From sequence record PP993145.1: DNA of 64,000 nt. One strand, given 5' to 3'. The stretch's first letter is position 1; each line of letters opens with the position of its first letter. Origin of the DNA: Escherichia phage phiP4. A program made the position numbers and the translations under genes. Positions 54,050 through 64,000 of the stretch are shown one piece after another. Under the pieces are notes generated by a model. The model saw only the letters and a program-made list of their open reading frames with translations. It was not told the origin of the DNA and searched no databases.

Positions 54050-55398
54050 AGGTTGTTATATCTAATAAAGCCTATTTCAAGCCCGATGATGAACTTTGGG
54101 ATTACTGTAGTAAGCAAACCACTTATCACATAGAGACAATGACTAGTAAATACCCTATTATGTATAAGAATAGTGGTGTTGTTGCTAAAGAGATTAAGTG
54201 GATTCCTATCACGCGTCTGGATTTATTAGATGCTAAAGGAGTAAAATACGAATTAGTTGATAAACGCACATTAGCTCCGGTAGATATACCAAAACCTAAG
54301 TTCAAGCTGCGTGAAGAAGACCAGCTCCCAATATATGAAGAGTGTGATGATACCTGTATTATTAATGGTAAGCCCGGATTTGGCAAAACTATCCTAGCTC
54401 TTGCACTTGCATATAAATTTGGTCAGAAAACTCTGGTAATATGTACGAATACATCCATTCGTGAGATGTGGGCAGCAGAAGTTCGTAAATGGTTTGGGTT
54501 TGAACCAGGCATCATAGGTTCTGGGAAATATAACATTGATCCACCAATTGTGGTCAGTAATATTCAAACAGTGAATAAACATGCGAATAATCTTTCTAAA
54601 GTATTCGGTACTGTTATAGTTGATGAGGTTCACCATTGTGTGGCTACAACTTTCACTAACTTCCTAGAAATATCATGTGCTCGCTATAAGATTGGATTAT
54701 CCGGTACATTAAAACGAAAAGATGGTCTACAAGTTATGTTCAAAGATTTCTTTGGATATAAGATCTTTAGCCCACCGGTTAATAATACTGTTGCACCTAC
54801 AATCCATAGGTACTCCGTACCTGTTGAGTTATCAGGAAACCAAAACGTACCGTGGGCATTACGTGCTAACGATGTGTATAATCATCCTGAATATCGAGAG
54901 ACTATTATAAATCTAGCACATTTATACGTGAATATGGGGCATAAAGTACTCATTGTAAGTGACAGAACAGAGTTAATCCAAACAGTACTAGAAGCTCTTG
55001 CACAGCGTGGTGTTACAACATATGAAATTATAGGGGCAACCCACTTGGATGACCGATTAAAAATTCAGGAAGATATAGCAAAAGGTGGCCCTTGTGTACT
55101 TGCAGCAGCTCAAAGTATCTTCTCTGAAGGTATTTCCCTTAATGAGCTGTCTTGTTTAATAATGGGAAGTCTCATTAATAATGAATCTCTCATTGAACAG
55201 CTTGCAGGACGTGTTCAACGTATTGTCGATGGTAAACTCGACCCTATTGTTGTGGATCTAATTATGAAAGGTGGCACTGGACTAAGACAGGCTTCTGGAC
55301 GTATGGCAGTATATCGTAACAACGGGTGGAAAACTATTACCATGACTCCGGAGAAAGCAGTTCAATTAGCTAAAATTGCATTTGGCAACAGCCCATAA
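54046..55398 (+). CDS. SF2 DNA helicase (DEAH-like)
   Basis: 450 aa; Walker A GKPGFGKT, motif II VIVDEVHH. Confidence 0.7.
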   Translation: MKVVISNKAYFKPDDELWDYCSKQTTYHIETMTSKYPIMYKNSGVVAKEIKWIPITRLDLLDAKGVKYELVDKRTLAPVDIPKPKFKLREEDQLPIYEECDDTCIINGKPGFGKTILALALAYKFGQKTLVICTNTSIREMWAAEVRKWFGFEPGIIGSGKYNIDPPIVVSNIQTVNKHANNLSKVFGTVIVDEVHHCVATTFTNFLEISCARYKIGLSGTLKRKDGLQVMFKDFFGYKIFSPPVNNTVAPTIHRYSVPVELSGNQNVPWALRANDVYNHPEYRETIINLAHLYVNMGHKVLIVSDRTELIQTVLEALAQRGVTTYEIIGATHLDDRLKIQEDIAKGGPCVLAAAQSIFSEGISLNELSCLIMGSLINNESLIEQLAGRVQRIVDGKLDPIVVDLIMKGGTGLRQASGRMAVYRNNGWKTITMTPEKAVQLAKIAFGNSP

Positions 55399-55475
55399 AT
55401 GATGTATAATATATACATAAATTTGAGAGAGAAAGTTTCGGATTAATAAGAAAGTCCGAAGCAGAAAAATAAAAA

Positions 55476-55520
55476 TTTTAGTTGCTAAATTCTCTCGAAA
55501 TCTAGTATAATATATACATA
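55476..55520 (+). promoter_or_regulatory. T5-type early promoter
   Basis: TTGCTA (55482-55487), 18-bp spacer, TATAAT (55506-55511); -10/leader segment is a direct repeat of 55405-55431. Confidence 0.5.
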
Positions 55521-55619
55521 AATTCGAGGAGAAAACAAAAAATTAAATTCTTCGATTATGAAAAGCTATACTTACTAGCTAGAGGAAATTCCGACCTAAT
55601 TATTAAGCTATTCAAAAGA

Positions 55620-55904
55620 ATGCTTACAGAGCCTGATGCTCACCAATTATTGGTCGGTTCCTCATTCATTTTGAATGAATCAACAATAGTTGATAATCCA
55701 AATAAATTGTCTAATAGACAACTGGCAGAATATCTAGGAATTTTAAGTCTACGAAATTATGCCGAATACAAGTTTACAAACGATCCTAGTTTGGACATAC
55801 AATATGTTCCAGTATGGATACCACGTTTAGTAATCGACACTAACCCACTAATCGCAATTAACAAATCGAAATTAATCTTTAAAGAGGAAATAAAATATGG
55901 CTAA
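55620..55904 (+). CDS. hypothetical protein
   Basis: 94-aa ORF. Confidence 0.4.
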   Translation: MLTEPDAHQLLVGSSFILNESTIVDNPNKLSNRQLAEYLGILSLRNYAEYKFTNDPSLDIQYVPVWIPRLVIDTNPLIAINKSKLIFKEEIKYG

Positions 55905-56670
55905 GTCTTGGGGCGAAACTACTGGCGGTTCTAACGATAAAATCGAATTCCTGAAGTTCAACAACGGCATCACTCGTGTTCGTATCGTTTCTGGTGTTCT
56001 TCCACGTTATGTCTATTGGCTGACTAATAAAGAGGGTAATGTAGCTCCTTTCGAATGTCTCCGTTTTAACCGTGACAAAGAGAGTTTTGTTCGTGGTAAA
56101 GCTGATCCGGTTCATGAGATGGGCTTCTTCGAGAAAGAGCTGGATAAAGATGGTAATCGTGTTCCACTGAAGCCGAAGAAAAACTATATCGCTTTTGTTA
56201 TCGACCGTTCTGATAACAAACTGAAAGTAATGGAAGTCAAGGCTACTATCCTGAAAGGCATTCAGTCTATCATGAAGCAGTTGAGTCTGGCAACTCCGTT
56301 TGATATTGATATTTCTATCGAGAAAAAAGGTAAAGGTTTCGATACTGAGTATGATGTACAGCAGATTGCTGCTATGCAGTTCCAGATTAAGCTGCAAGAT
56401 CCTAACAGTGCAGAATCTAAGCAATATGCTGCAGATGTAGATCTGATCGGTGAAGCTATGTGTGATGAAGATGGCGACATCATTAAGTTCGAAAAAGTTC
56501 CTTCTCTGGAACAAACCTATCCGGTTCCTACCTATGAAGAGCAGAAAGAAGCAATTCTAGCCTTCATGGAGGGTCGTGAGAATAAAGATGATGATGCCAA
56601 ATCTGGTAATAGCAATGCAGGTTCCCAGAAAGGTATTGACTCAGAAGCTGCAAGCGATCTGGACGACTAA
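55897..56670 (+). CDS. putative ssDNA-binding-like protein (acidic C-terminal tail)
   Basis: 257 aa; host-optimal codons; C-terminus GIDSEAASDLDD is acidic like SSB tails. Functional call is inference. Confidence 0.35.
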   Translation: MAKSWGETTGGSNDKIEFLKFNNGITRVRIVSGVLPRYVYWLTNKEGNVAPFECLRFNRDKESFVRGKADPVHEMGFFEKELDKDGNRVPLKPKKNYIAFVIDRSDNKLKVMEVKATILKGIQSIMKQLSLATPFDIDISIEKKGKGFDTEYDVQQIAAMQFQIKLQDPNSAESKQYAADVDLIGEAMCDEDGDIIKFEKVPSLEQTYPVPTYEEQKEAILAFMEGRENKDDDAKSGNSNAGSQKGIDSEAASDLDD

Positions 56671-56676
56671 TAAATA

Positions 56677-56700
56677 GAGGGGCTTCGGCCCCTTTCTTTT
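56677..56700 (+). terminator. rho-independent terminator
   Basis: Hairpin gaggggc-ttcg-gcccct followed by TTCTTTT. Confidence 0.6.
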
Positions 56701-56706
56701 TAACCA

Positions 56707-57684
56707 ATGAGAATATTATTTAGTGCTGATCATCATATCAAACTGGGACAAGATAAAGTTCCAAAGGAATGGCAGAAGCGTCGCTTCCTGATGCTAGGAG
56801 AACGGTTAAATGATATATTCCATAATCATAACTGTGATCTTCATATTGCTGGTGGTGATATACTTGATGTTGCCGACCCGTCGTCAGAAGAAATAGAACT
56901 GCTTGAACAGTTCATGTCAAGACTTGACCACCCAGGCAAAATCTTTACTGGAAATCATGAAATGTTAACTAAAACCATTTCATGTCTATATCATTATGCA
57001 GGAGTTATTAATAAAGTAACGAGTGGTAAGTGGGAAGTAATTACCAAACCATATCGTTCCCCTGAATTTGATATTGTTCCGTATGATGAAATCCATAAAT
57101 CTAAGTGGAAACCATCTGAATCAAAACTATGTTTCACGCATGTTCGTGGTGAAATCCCTCCACATGTAAAACCAGAAATTGATCTAACTAAGTATAACTG
57201 TTATGATACTGTAATTGCTGGCGATTTACATTCTTATACTAATAGCCAGACTATCGGATCTACTAGACTTCTCTACCCAGGGTCTCCATTAACTACATCG
57301 TTCCATAGAGAACGCACAAAAGGTACAAATGGTTGTTTTATCGTTGATACCGACACATTAAAAGTAGAATGGATTGAACTCGGTGATTTACCACAACTGA
57401 TTCGTAAAACAATCGGAGCCGGTGAAGAGATGGAACCTAGTGATTATGATCGTGTAGTCTATGAAGTTACTGGTGACGTTGTTCAATTAAAGTCTATCAA
57501 AGACTCTGATTTATTAGATAAGAAGATTAACCATCGAGTTACTAAAGACGCTAAGTTAAATCTTGTTGATCTTGATATGTTAGGCGAACTTGAACTTTAC
57601 TTCCGTGAAGTCGAGAAGCTATCTCAAGGCGACATTGATAGAATCTTGGCTAGAGCTGCGAAATATGTCAAAGATTACAATTAA
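56707..57684 (+). CDS. Mre11/SbcD-like nuclease
   Basis: 325 aa; calcineurin-like phosphoesterase motifs (SADHH, GDILD, GNHE). Confidence 0.75.
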   Translation: MRILFSADHHIKLGQDKVPKEWQKRRFLMLGERLNDIFHNHNCDLHIAGGDILDVADPSSEEIELLEQFMSRLDHPGKIFTGNHEMLTKTISCLYHYAGVINKVTSGKWEVITKPYRSPEFDIVPYDEIHKSKWKPSESKLCFTHVRGEIPPHVKPEIDLTKYNCYDTVIAGDLHSYTNSQTIGSTRLLYPGSPLTTSFHRERTKGTNGCFIVDTDTLKVEWIELGDLPQLIRKTIGAGEEMEPSDYDRVVYEVTGDVVQLKSIKDSDLLDKKINHRVTKDAKLNLVDLDMLGELELYFREVEKLSQGDIDRILARAAKYVKDYN

Positions 57685-59503
57685 GACACTAAAATTTAGT
57701 AACGTTATGTCTTACGGTAAGGACATCGTAATTCATTTCGATAAGAATCCAGTTACTCAACTAATTGGTGGCAATGGGTTAGGAAAATCCACCATCGCCA
57801 CTGTTATTGAAGAACTCTTTTATAATAAGAACTCACGCGGTATTAAGAAGGATGCTCTGTTCTCCTGGTCTTCTCCGAAAAAAGAATACGATATGCACGC
57901 TTACTTCTCGAAAGATGAAGATGAGTACGAACTGCATAAAGTAGTTAAATCAACTGCTAAAGTAACTCTTATTAAGAATGGAGAAGATATTAGTGGGCAT
58001 ACGGCAACCCAAACATACAAGATGATTGAAGAGATTATGGGTGGTGACTTCCAAACATTCACCAAACTAATTTATCAATCAGTGGGTTCCAACCTAGATT
58101 TTCTAAAAGCAACAGATGCAACACGTAAGGCTTTTCTTGTTAACTTGTTCAATCAAGAACAGTATAAAGAAATGTCAGAAACTATTAAGGCTGACCGTAA
58201 AGAAATAGCAAATACCTTAAATAATTTGCAAGGCCAAATGGCTGTAATTACGAAAATCCTTAATGGAAAGAATAATCTGGGAACTTTGCAGGAACCTGTA
58301 GAAGTACCAGAGTTTGATGAAGAGCCATTAGCACAAGAACTTACTGAATCGAAAATTAAGGCGGCATTAGCCAAGTCTCAAGAGGCTAATATTACTAAAT
58401 TGCGTAATTTGGACAAAGCTGTACAAGTTGCCGAACAATCTTTCGAGCCTTTCAAAAATTTACCCGCGCCCACTGACCAAAACGAAGAGATCTCAAGTGT
58501 TACGCGTGACCTAACGATTGTGACCTCACGTGCGGGAGAAGTTAAGAAACGTTATCAGAAGTTCAAGCAAGAGGCTTCAAATACTGAATGTCCTACTTGC
58601 GGTACTCATCTGGATACAACTGCTGCTCAAAAAGCAATGGATATGGCTAGAACAGAATATGATCCTCTGTTCAAAGAGAAGCAATCTCTTGAAGCTAAGT
58701 TAGAACAGTTGAAGAAAGAACAATTTGAGTACGTTGCGTATACTAGAGCAAAGGATGCTTTGGATAAAGCAGTGGTAGCTAGAGACGAGTTCAAAAATTC
58801 AATGAGTGATGCTTATTTTGAAGAACTCAATGTGCAAATCCTACAGGTGCAAATCCGACAATTAGAACAGGAAATCGCTGATGGCCGTTCTAAGGTTGCA
58901 ATTGCCAAAGAACATAATGCAAATGTAGAATTAGCCAATGCAAAATATAAAGCGAAACTAGAACAGATTGAGAAAGCTGAGGCAGAACTGTCTGAGATTA
59001 CTTCCAAACTGGATGAGGTATCAGAGGCTGTTGCTGATCTCGATATTCTGATCGCTGCACTAAAGAATCTAGTAGGATATAAACTAGAGCATAGTGTGAA
59101 AGTATTTGAAGAGCTTATCAATAAATACCTTTCCATTATGACTGGCGGTAAGTTCGCACTTGGATTCGAACTTGATGAAACGAAATTACAAGTAGTAATC
59201 TTCAATGATGGAAATCGTACCAGTATGGAGAATTGCTCTACTGGTCAGCAAAGTCGAATCAACCTAGCAACTCTGTTAGCTATTCGAATGTTACTAACAT
59301 CTATTAGTAAAGTTAATATTAATCTTCTATTCCTTGATGAAGTAATTAGCTTTATTGATACTAAAGGACTTGACACCCTTGTTGAATTATTAAATGAGGA
59401 AGAAAGTCTAAATTCTATCATTGTTTCTCATGGGCATACGCATCCATTAGCTCATAAGATTACTGTTAAAAAAGATGCAGAAGGATTTTCCTACTTAGAA
59501 TAA
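57665..59503 (+). CDS. Rad50/SbcC-like ATPase
   Basis: Start MSKITIK overlapping upstream stop; Walker A GGNGLGKST, long coiled coil, central CPTC hook-like motif, C-terminal signature and Walker B (LLFLDE). Confidence 0.75.
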   Translation: MSKITIKTLKFSNVMSYGKDIVIHFDKNPVTQLIGGNGLGKSTIATVIEELFYNKNSRGIKKDALFSWSSPKKEYDMHAYFSKDEDEYELHKVVKSTAKVTLIKNGEDISGHTATQTYKMIEEIMGGDFQTFTKLIYQSVGSNLDFLKATDATRKAFLVNLFNQEQYKEMSETIKADRKEIANTLNNLQGQMAVITKILNGKNNLGTLQEPVEVPEFDEEPLAQELTESKIKAALAKSQEANITKLRNLDKAVQVAEQSFEPFKNLPAPTDQNEEISSVTRDLTIVTSRAGEVKKRYQKFKQEASNTECPTCGTHLDTTAAQKAMDMARTEYDPLFKEKQSLEAKLEQLKKEQFEYVAYTRAKDALDKAVVARDEFKNSMSDAYFEELNVQILQVQIRQLEQEIADGRSKVAIAKEHNANVELANAKYKAKLEQIEKAEAELSEITSKLDEVSEAVADLDILIAALKNLVGYKLEHSVKVFEELINKYLSIMTGGKFALGFELDETKLQVVIFNDGNRTSMENCSTGQQSRINLATLLAIRMLLTSISKVNINLLFLDEVISFIDTKGLDTLVELLNEEESLNSIIVSHGHTHPLAHKITVKKDAEGFSYLE

Positions 59504-59506
59504 AAC

Positions 59507-59989
59507 ATGGCTGTAGATAGTAGAGAGAAAGGTAAACGTGGTGAATATCAGGTAAGAGATATTTTACGTGAACGTACAGGTCTTGAGTGGGAACGTGTTC
59601 CTGGCTCTGGTGCTTTTGGCCAGAGCCACGGGCTGAAAGGTGACATCTACCTTCCACCACAAAGTGGACACATTAGTAAATACTGCTTCGAAGTTAAGTG
59701 GTATAAAGATGATAATATATCAAGTAATTTATTTAATGTTGGTGAATCCACTCTAGAGAAGTGGTGGCAGCAATGCTCACGTGAAGGTGAGCAGATGAAC
59801 TCCAAACCTGCATTAATATTCAAGAAAGACAGAGGACAGTGGTTAATAGCTTTGGATAGCTCAGACCCGATGGTTGACAACTTAATGAGTCGTACCCATA
59901 TGGTGTTAAATAAGAAAGACATGGAAATCGTAATTGGTTTATTTGAGCCGTGGCTACATCATGCATCTGTTGAGGACTTAATTAAATAA
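59507..59989 (+). CDS. hypothetical protein
   Basis: 160-aa ORF between recombination ATPase and flap endonuclease. Confidence 0.5.
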   Translation: MAVDSREKGKRGEYQVRDILRERTGLEWERVPGSGAFGQSHGLKGDIYLPPQSGHISKYCFEVKWYKDDNISSNLFNVGESTLEKWWQQCSREGEQMNSKPALIFKKDRGQWLIALDSSDPMVDNLMSRTHMVLNKKDMEIVIGLFEPWLHHASVEDLIK

Positions 59990-60864
59990 TGAGTAAATCC
60001 TGGGGAAAATTTATTGAAGAAGAGGAAGCTGAAATGGCTTCCCGTCGTAACCTAATGATTGTCGATGGAACTAACTTAGGCTTTCGCTTCAAGCATAACA
60101 ATAGTAAAAAACCATTTGCCTCAAGTTATGTTTCCACTATTCAATCTCTTGCAAAATCTTATTCTGCTAGAACTACAATAGTTTTAGGAGATAAAGGGAA
60201 GTCCGCATTCCGCCTAGAGCATCTCCCCGAGTATAAAGGGAACCGAGATGAGAAATACTCGCAGCGTACGGAAGAGGAGAAAGCGTTAGATGAGCAGTTC
60301 TTCGAGTATTTGAAAGATGCTTTCGAGTTATGTGAAACTACATTCCCAACTTTCACTATTCGTGGTGTAGAAGCAGACGACATGGCAGCTTATATTGTTA
60401 AGCTCATCGGGCATCTATATGATCACGTTTGGTTGATTTCTACTGACGGTGACTGGGATACCTTATTAACTGATAAAGTTTCTCGCTTCTCTTTCACAAC
60501 ACGTCGTGAATATCATCTTCGTGATATGTATGAGCATCATAATGTTGACGATGTAGAGCAGTTTATCTCTCTGAAAGCAATTATGGGTGATTTAGGGGAT
60601 AATATCCGAGGTGTTGAAGGTATTGGGGCAAAACGCGGGTATAATATTATTCGTGAATTTGGTAACGTTCTGGATATTATTGATCAGCTTCCACTACCTG
60701 GAAAACAGAAATATATACAGAATTTAAATGCTTCGGAAGAATTGCTTTATCGAAATTTAATTCTGGTTGATTTACCAACCTACTGTGTAGACGCTATTGC
60801 TGCGGTAGGTCAAGACGTATTAGATAAGTTTACAAAAGATATTTTGGAGATTGCAGAACAATGA
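59989..60864 (+). CDS. 5'-3' exonuclease / flap endonuclease
   Basis: 291 aa; N-terminal LMIVDGTNLGFRF and acidic metal-binding clusters typical of FEN/5'-exo family. Confidence 0.85.
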   Translation: MSKSWGKFIEEEEAEMASRRNLMIVDGTNLGFRFKHNNSKKPFASSYVSTIQSLAKSYSARTTIVLGDKGKSAFRLEHLPEYKGNRDEKYSQRTEEEKALDEQFFEYLKDAFELCETTFPTFTIRGVEADDMAAYIVKLIGHLYDHVWLISTDGDWDTLLTDKVSRFSFTTRREYHLRDMYEHHNVDDVEQFISLKAIMGDLGDNIRGVEGIGAKRGYNIIREFGNVLDIIDQLPLPGKQKYIQNLNASEELLYRNLILVDLPTYCVDAIAAVGQDVLDKFTKDILEIAEQ

Positions 60865-61307
60865 TTAAAATTAAATTAACTCATCCAGATTGTATGCCTA
60901 AGATTGGTTCCGAAGATGCTGCAGGTATGGATCTGCGAGCATTCTTTGGTACTAATCCAGCTGCAGACTTACGCGCTATTGCACCAGGCAAATCCCTAAT
61001 GATTGACACCGGTGTCGCGGTAGAAATTCCGCGAGGTTGGTTCGGTTTGGTAGTTCCTCGTAGCTCCTTAGGTAAGCGTCATCTGATGATTGCAAACACC
61101 GCAGGAGTGATCGACTCAGACTATCGCGGAACTATTAAGATGAACCTTTATAACTATGGTTCTGAAATTCAAACTCTGGAGAATTTTGAAAGACTCTGTC
61201 AGCTAGTAGTAGTACCACACTACTCAACTCATAATTTTGAAATCGTTGACGAACTAGGGGAGACTAATCGTGGGGAAGGCGGATTTGGAAGTTCAGGAAG
61301 CAAATAA
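60861..61307 (+). CDS. dut: dUTP pyrophosphatase
   Basis: 148 aa; dUTPase motifs AGMDLR, RSSLG, GVIDSDYRG. Confidence 0.9.
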   Translation: MIKIKLTHPDCMPKIGSEDAAGMDLRAFFGTNPAADLRAIAPGKSLMIDTGVAVEIPRGWFGLVVPRSSLGKRHLMIANTAGVIDSDYRGTIKMNLYNYGSEIQTLENFERLCQLVVVPHYSTHNFEIVDELGETNRGEGGFGSSGSK

Positions 61308-61530
61308 TTTTACCGATCCTAATATAGTAGGTATTGATACTAGTACATCAACTTATCAGATTAAAACTACTAAACCAGAAACAGTTGTACTAAAAACAGA
61401 TAAAGAAGGTAATGTTATTTTCTGGGATCCTGAAGGTTTTGTAGAGCTTTGTACTAATAGCGACAATGAGCATTTAAAAATACTGTTAACCATTTATAAT
61501 CTTGGTATTATAGAGGGTTGTAGAAGCTAA
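61270..61530 (+). CDS. hypothetical protein
   Basis: 86-aa ORF. Confidence 0.4.
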   Translation: MGKADLEVQEANNFTDPNIVGIDTSTSTYQIKTTKPETVVLKTDKEGNVIFWDPEGFVELCTNSDNEHLKILLTIYNLGIIEGCRS

Positions 61531-61537
61531 TAATAGA

Positions 61538-61575
61538 AAAACCCCAGTGGATTTTGTCCACCGGGGTTTCTTTTT
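61538..61575. terminator. bidirectional rho-independent terminator
   Basis: Hairpin cccagtgg...ccaccgggg flanked by A-run and T-run, between convergent plus-strand replication genes and minus-strand tail fibre gene. Confidence 0.6.
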
Positions 61576-61580
61576 ATATT

Positions 61581-64000
61581 TTAACTATTTTTCATGGTAG
61601 TCAACAGATGCTCTACTACAGTTTTCAAGTCTTCCACATCTTTCTCAAGTTTATTAATACGTTCGGTTTTCTCCTCATCCCGTTGTGCTAATACTTTTAT
61701 AGCACATAGCGCGTCTAGTAAAAGCACGTTATTATCTAGAACAATCCTTTCCTTTGTATCAGTATACCCTTGAACAACCCCCTCATCATCAACAATAGGC
61801 TCTCCACATGGTTCATACGTATGTTTAACGTATGTAGGATCTATCTGCTCAATCTGCTGAGCAATAACCCCCCTGCGAGTACGTTTTTTCTCATCATCCT
61901 TAAATACAAAAGTAACAAGATCCATAGCCTTAATATTTTCTATGGAATGAATACCGTCATATTCTTCTATATTAGTCTTGTAGTTAATATCTGATGTACC
62001 ACTAAGTGCTAGGGTACCTCCCGCTGTAGGGAAGTGTATGATCCATTGTCCAGTAAGGTTACTTCTATTACGTCGAGCCAAGTAAAAACTATTGTCTGGT
62101 GCAACCTCAAATTGGTTACGTGCACCAACACTATCAGTTGAGGATGTTGTAATAAAAGAAATGCCACTATACCCTGAAGTAGTTACATCTACAGAACCTC
62201 TAGATGTCCAGCCTTGTTCAAATCTTGTGTTTAACGTGAAATACGAGCTTACTCCCAGCTTTAAATTGTTTTGGGATCGGCTGTAGTTAAATATTTCCGC
62301 ACCTCCAGTATTATCCCTATTAAGTCTAAAACCACCCCCATCTGCTACAAACATGTACGTAGAGTTATTCACGTCAGACTCTACAAAAGATAATGTAGGG
62401 TTTGCAGACGTAAGAGTAAGCGGATTGGCAGCACTACATAGAATATCTCCAATAAAGGTATTAGTACCAGTAAAGCGGTTATCCAGCTCCAACATAGCAG
62501 CACTTTTCCAGGGAACATCAGTTTTCGAAGTTGTAGGCTGATTAGTTGTTAGAAATCTGCTGTAGAGTCTTCCAGCGGCATCAATCCAGCTCTGCATAAT
62601 GCGGTTTTCAGCGTAACTAGACTGAAAACCCCCACCATTGCTAGGTGCCCAAGAGGTATCTCCTGCGTTATCACTGATGAAACCATCTCGTGCATCCGTA
62701 GGAATTTTAGGGGCTAATGTAGCAGTAATAAGTTTTAACCATTCTTTACTTTCCCCAGATTCGATACTTCTTACCCAAAATCTGGAATTACGTCCTGCAA
62801 GTTGAGTAGCATAACTTTCACTAAAACTGGTGTGAAAACCAGCATAAACAATTCCATTTTCCGGTGAGTTTACTTGTCCAGCAATAGGTTTAAACTTATT
62901 TACTCCATCTGTATGTTGAGTATTCCAATCTTGGTTTAAGTATGTTGCAACACCATTTGCCGGCTGGATAGTGCCATTTGCTGATATTACTGAGTAAGGA
63001 TCTCCATACTTATTACGATATGTATCAGAGCAATAAAACCCTGCTGCACCCGATGTAAAATCAAGTAAATTTCCGTATATACCTAGACCACCGTCAATGC
63101 CGTCATTTGCATCTGAGATACCCCATTTATAAACAGGAGCATCACTTGCAGTTGCTGGCGACCAATCTGCTGTAGGAATGGTGATAGTAGATCCTACTGT
63201 TGCAGCAAGTCTAATTGGAAAAGCGTCACCGCGAACATAGATCGCGTTATGTGGATAGTATGCCTTGTCAGTACCACGCACACAAAGTATAGCTACCTCA
63301 CCAGAATCATAGCAATGGTAGTGCCCAAAAGCTCCCTGACCCATATCAGACCAACCAGCATCACGAATCCACATATGTATCATGTTACAGTTTGGCTCTT
63401 GTGATCCACTAAGAGATCGTGTACGCATTGACACTTCTACAAATGCATCGCCATTCCATCCTGCCGGATGACTAATAATTACTGGGTAATATTTTTTAGC
63501 TTCAGCTCCTGCAGGGGCGTTATAGTCATACCAACGAGATAATCCAGTATTAGGAATTAATAGACTATCTTTTGTTTGTTGCAATCTTGCTTTGGGAACA
63601 GATAGGAGATTAGCCCGTACATTTGGTAAGTCAATCTGGTCATCCCTATAACTGTAACCTATTACGTATTCACCATTATACCCGTCTCCATCTTTTTGTA
63701 TACGCCAGTTACCACCATCAAAAATGAAGTTGTAGTAAGGGGCATCAGATGGACGATCACTTTCATCAAACTTAATAGTAGGATGCTGGCTTGTCAGAGT
63801 TAATGGATTATTTACATTAGACCTTAAGTTAGCACTAGAACCAATGAACTTTCCATAAGTAGCAACGTTACCATCTTCATCCAGTCCAAGATACTGATTT
63901 TTATCACCTGTTTGCAGGTGCAGTGTAGCCCACCCTCTATTATCTCCTCGAAATTCTGGGTATACTCGGAGCCGCATTCTTTGTGAACCAGCACCGTCAT
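61581..64000 (-). CDS. tail fibre protein, 3' portion (gene continues beyond window end), with C-terminal chaperone-like domain
   Basis: ORF runs to the window edge; Gly/Ser/Thr/Asn-rich beta-type sequence; C-terminal about 130 aa end in a coiled-coil segment, resembling intramolecular-chaperone domains of phage fibres. Confidence 0.6.
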   Translation of the reverse strand, partial: DGAGSQRMRLRVYPEFRGDNRGWATLHLQTGDKNQYLGLDEDGNVATYGKFIGSSANLRSNVNNPLTLTSQHPTIKFDESDRPSDAPYYNFIFDGGNWRIQKDGDGYNGEYVIGYSYRDDQIDLPNVRANLLSVPKARLQQTKDSLLIPNTGLSRWYDYNAPAGAEAKKYYPVIISHPAGWNGDAFVEVSMRTRSLSGSQEPNCNMIHMWIRDAGWSDMGQGAFGHYHCYDSGEVAILCVRGTDKAYYPHNAIYVRGDAFPIRLAATVGSTITIPTADWSPATASDAPVYKWGISDANDGIDGGLGIYGNLLDFTSGAAGFYCSDTYRNKYGDPYSVISANGTIQPANGVATYLNQDWNTQHTDGVNKFKPIAGQVNSPENGIVYAGFHTSFSESYATQLAGRNSRFWVRSIESGESKEWLKLITATLAPKIPTDARDGFISDNAGDTSWAPSNGGGFQSSYAENRIMQSWIDAAGRLYSRFLTTNQPTTSKTDVPWKSAAMLELDNRFTGTNTFIGDILCSAANPLTLTSANPTLSFVESDVNNSTYMFVADGGGFRLNRDNTGGAEIFNYSRSQNNLKLGVSSYFTLNTRFEQGWTSRGSVDVTTSGYSGISFITTSSTDSVGARNQFEVAPDNSFYLARRNRSNLTGQWIIHFPTAGGTLALSGTSDINYKTNIEEYDGIHSIENIKAMDLVTFVFKDDEKKRTRRGVIAQQIEQIDPTYVKHTYEPCGEPIVDDEGVVQGYTDTKERIVLDNNVLLLDALCAIKVLAQRDEEKTERINKLEKDVEDLKTVVEHLLTTMKNS

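Noticed and set aside
1-64000. CRISPR array or other long tandem repeat arrays
   Set aside because: The recurring 40-60 nt similar segments are spaced by whole genes and match a promoter consensus (TTGCTT-N17-TATAAT), not short regularly spaced repeats with unique spacers.

Overview
This window reads as a contiguous piece of a T5-like siphovirus genome (Demerecviridae/Tequintavirus-like): AT-rich, compact, with a family A DNA polymerase and a stretch at 43470-43540 that matches the phage T5 early promoter PN25 as I recall it. Layout: (i) 1-9200, minus strand: lysis genes (holin-like protein and a 137-aa L-alanyl-D-glutamate peptidase endolysin), ClpP-like protease, dNMP kinase, a possible spanin pair, small unknown ORFs and a GrcA-like glycyl-radical protein. 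(ii) 9200-22100: a large minus-strand tRNA cluster (25 tRNAs called by hand-folding, plus several tRNA-like elements I could not fold canonically) interspersed with small ORFs; it is interrupted by a compositionally distinct plus-strand three-gene unit and a convergent SPFH/band-7 gene with terminators between them. (iii) 22100-34800, minus strand: SleB-like cell wall hydrolase, standalone CheY-like receiver protein, DEDD-like exonuclease, NADAR protein, RNase H, thymidylate synthase, DHFR, NrdB, NrdA, PhoH. (iv) 35100-61500, plus strand: NrdD, Sir2-like protein, HAD-like phosphatase, two tandem paralogs, a long ORF-free iteron-like leader followed by a 929-955 aa Walker-ATPase protein (putative origin-binding helicase), HTH protein under the PN25-like promoter, NAD-dependent DNA ligase split into two ORFs, a codon-optimised repeat protein, DnaB-like helicase, DnaG-like primase, family A DNA polymerase, SF2 helicase, Mre11/Rad50-like pair, flap endonuclease, dUTPase. 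(v) 61581-64000, minus strand: 3' part of a tail fibre gene with a C-terminal chaperone-like domain. All calls rest on reading the sequence and motif recognition from memory; no searches or folding programs were run, so coordinates of RNA features are approximate (a few nt) and functional calls are hypotheses.
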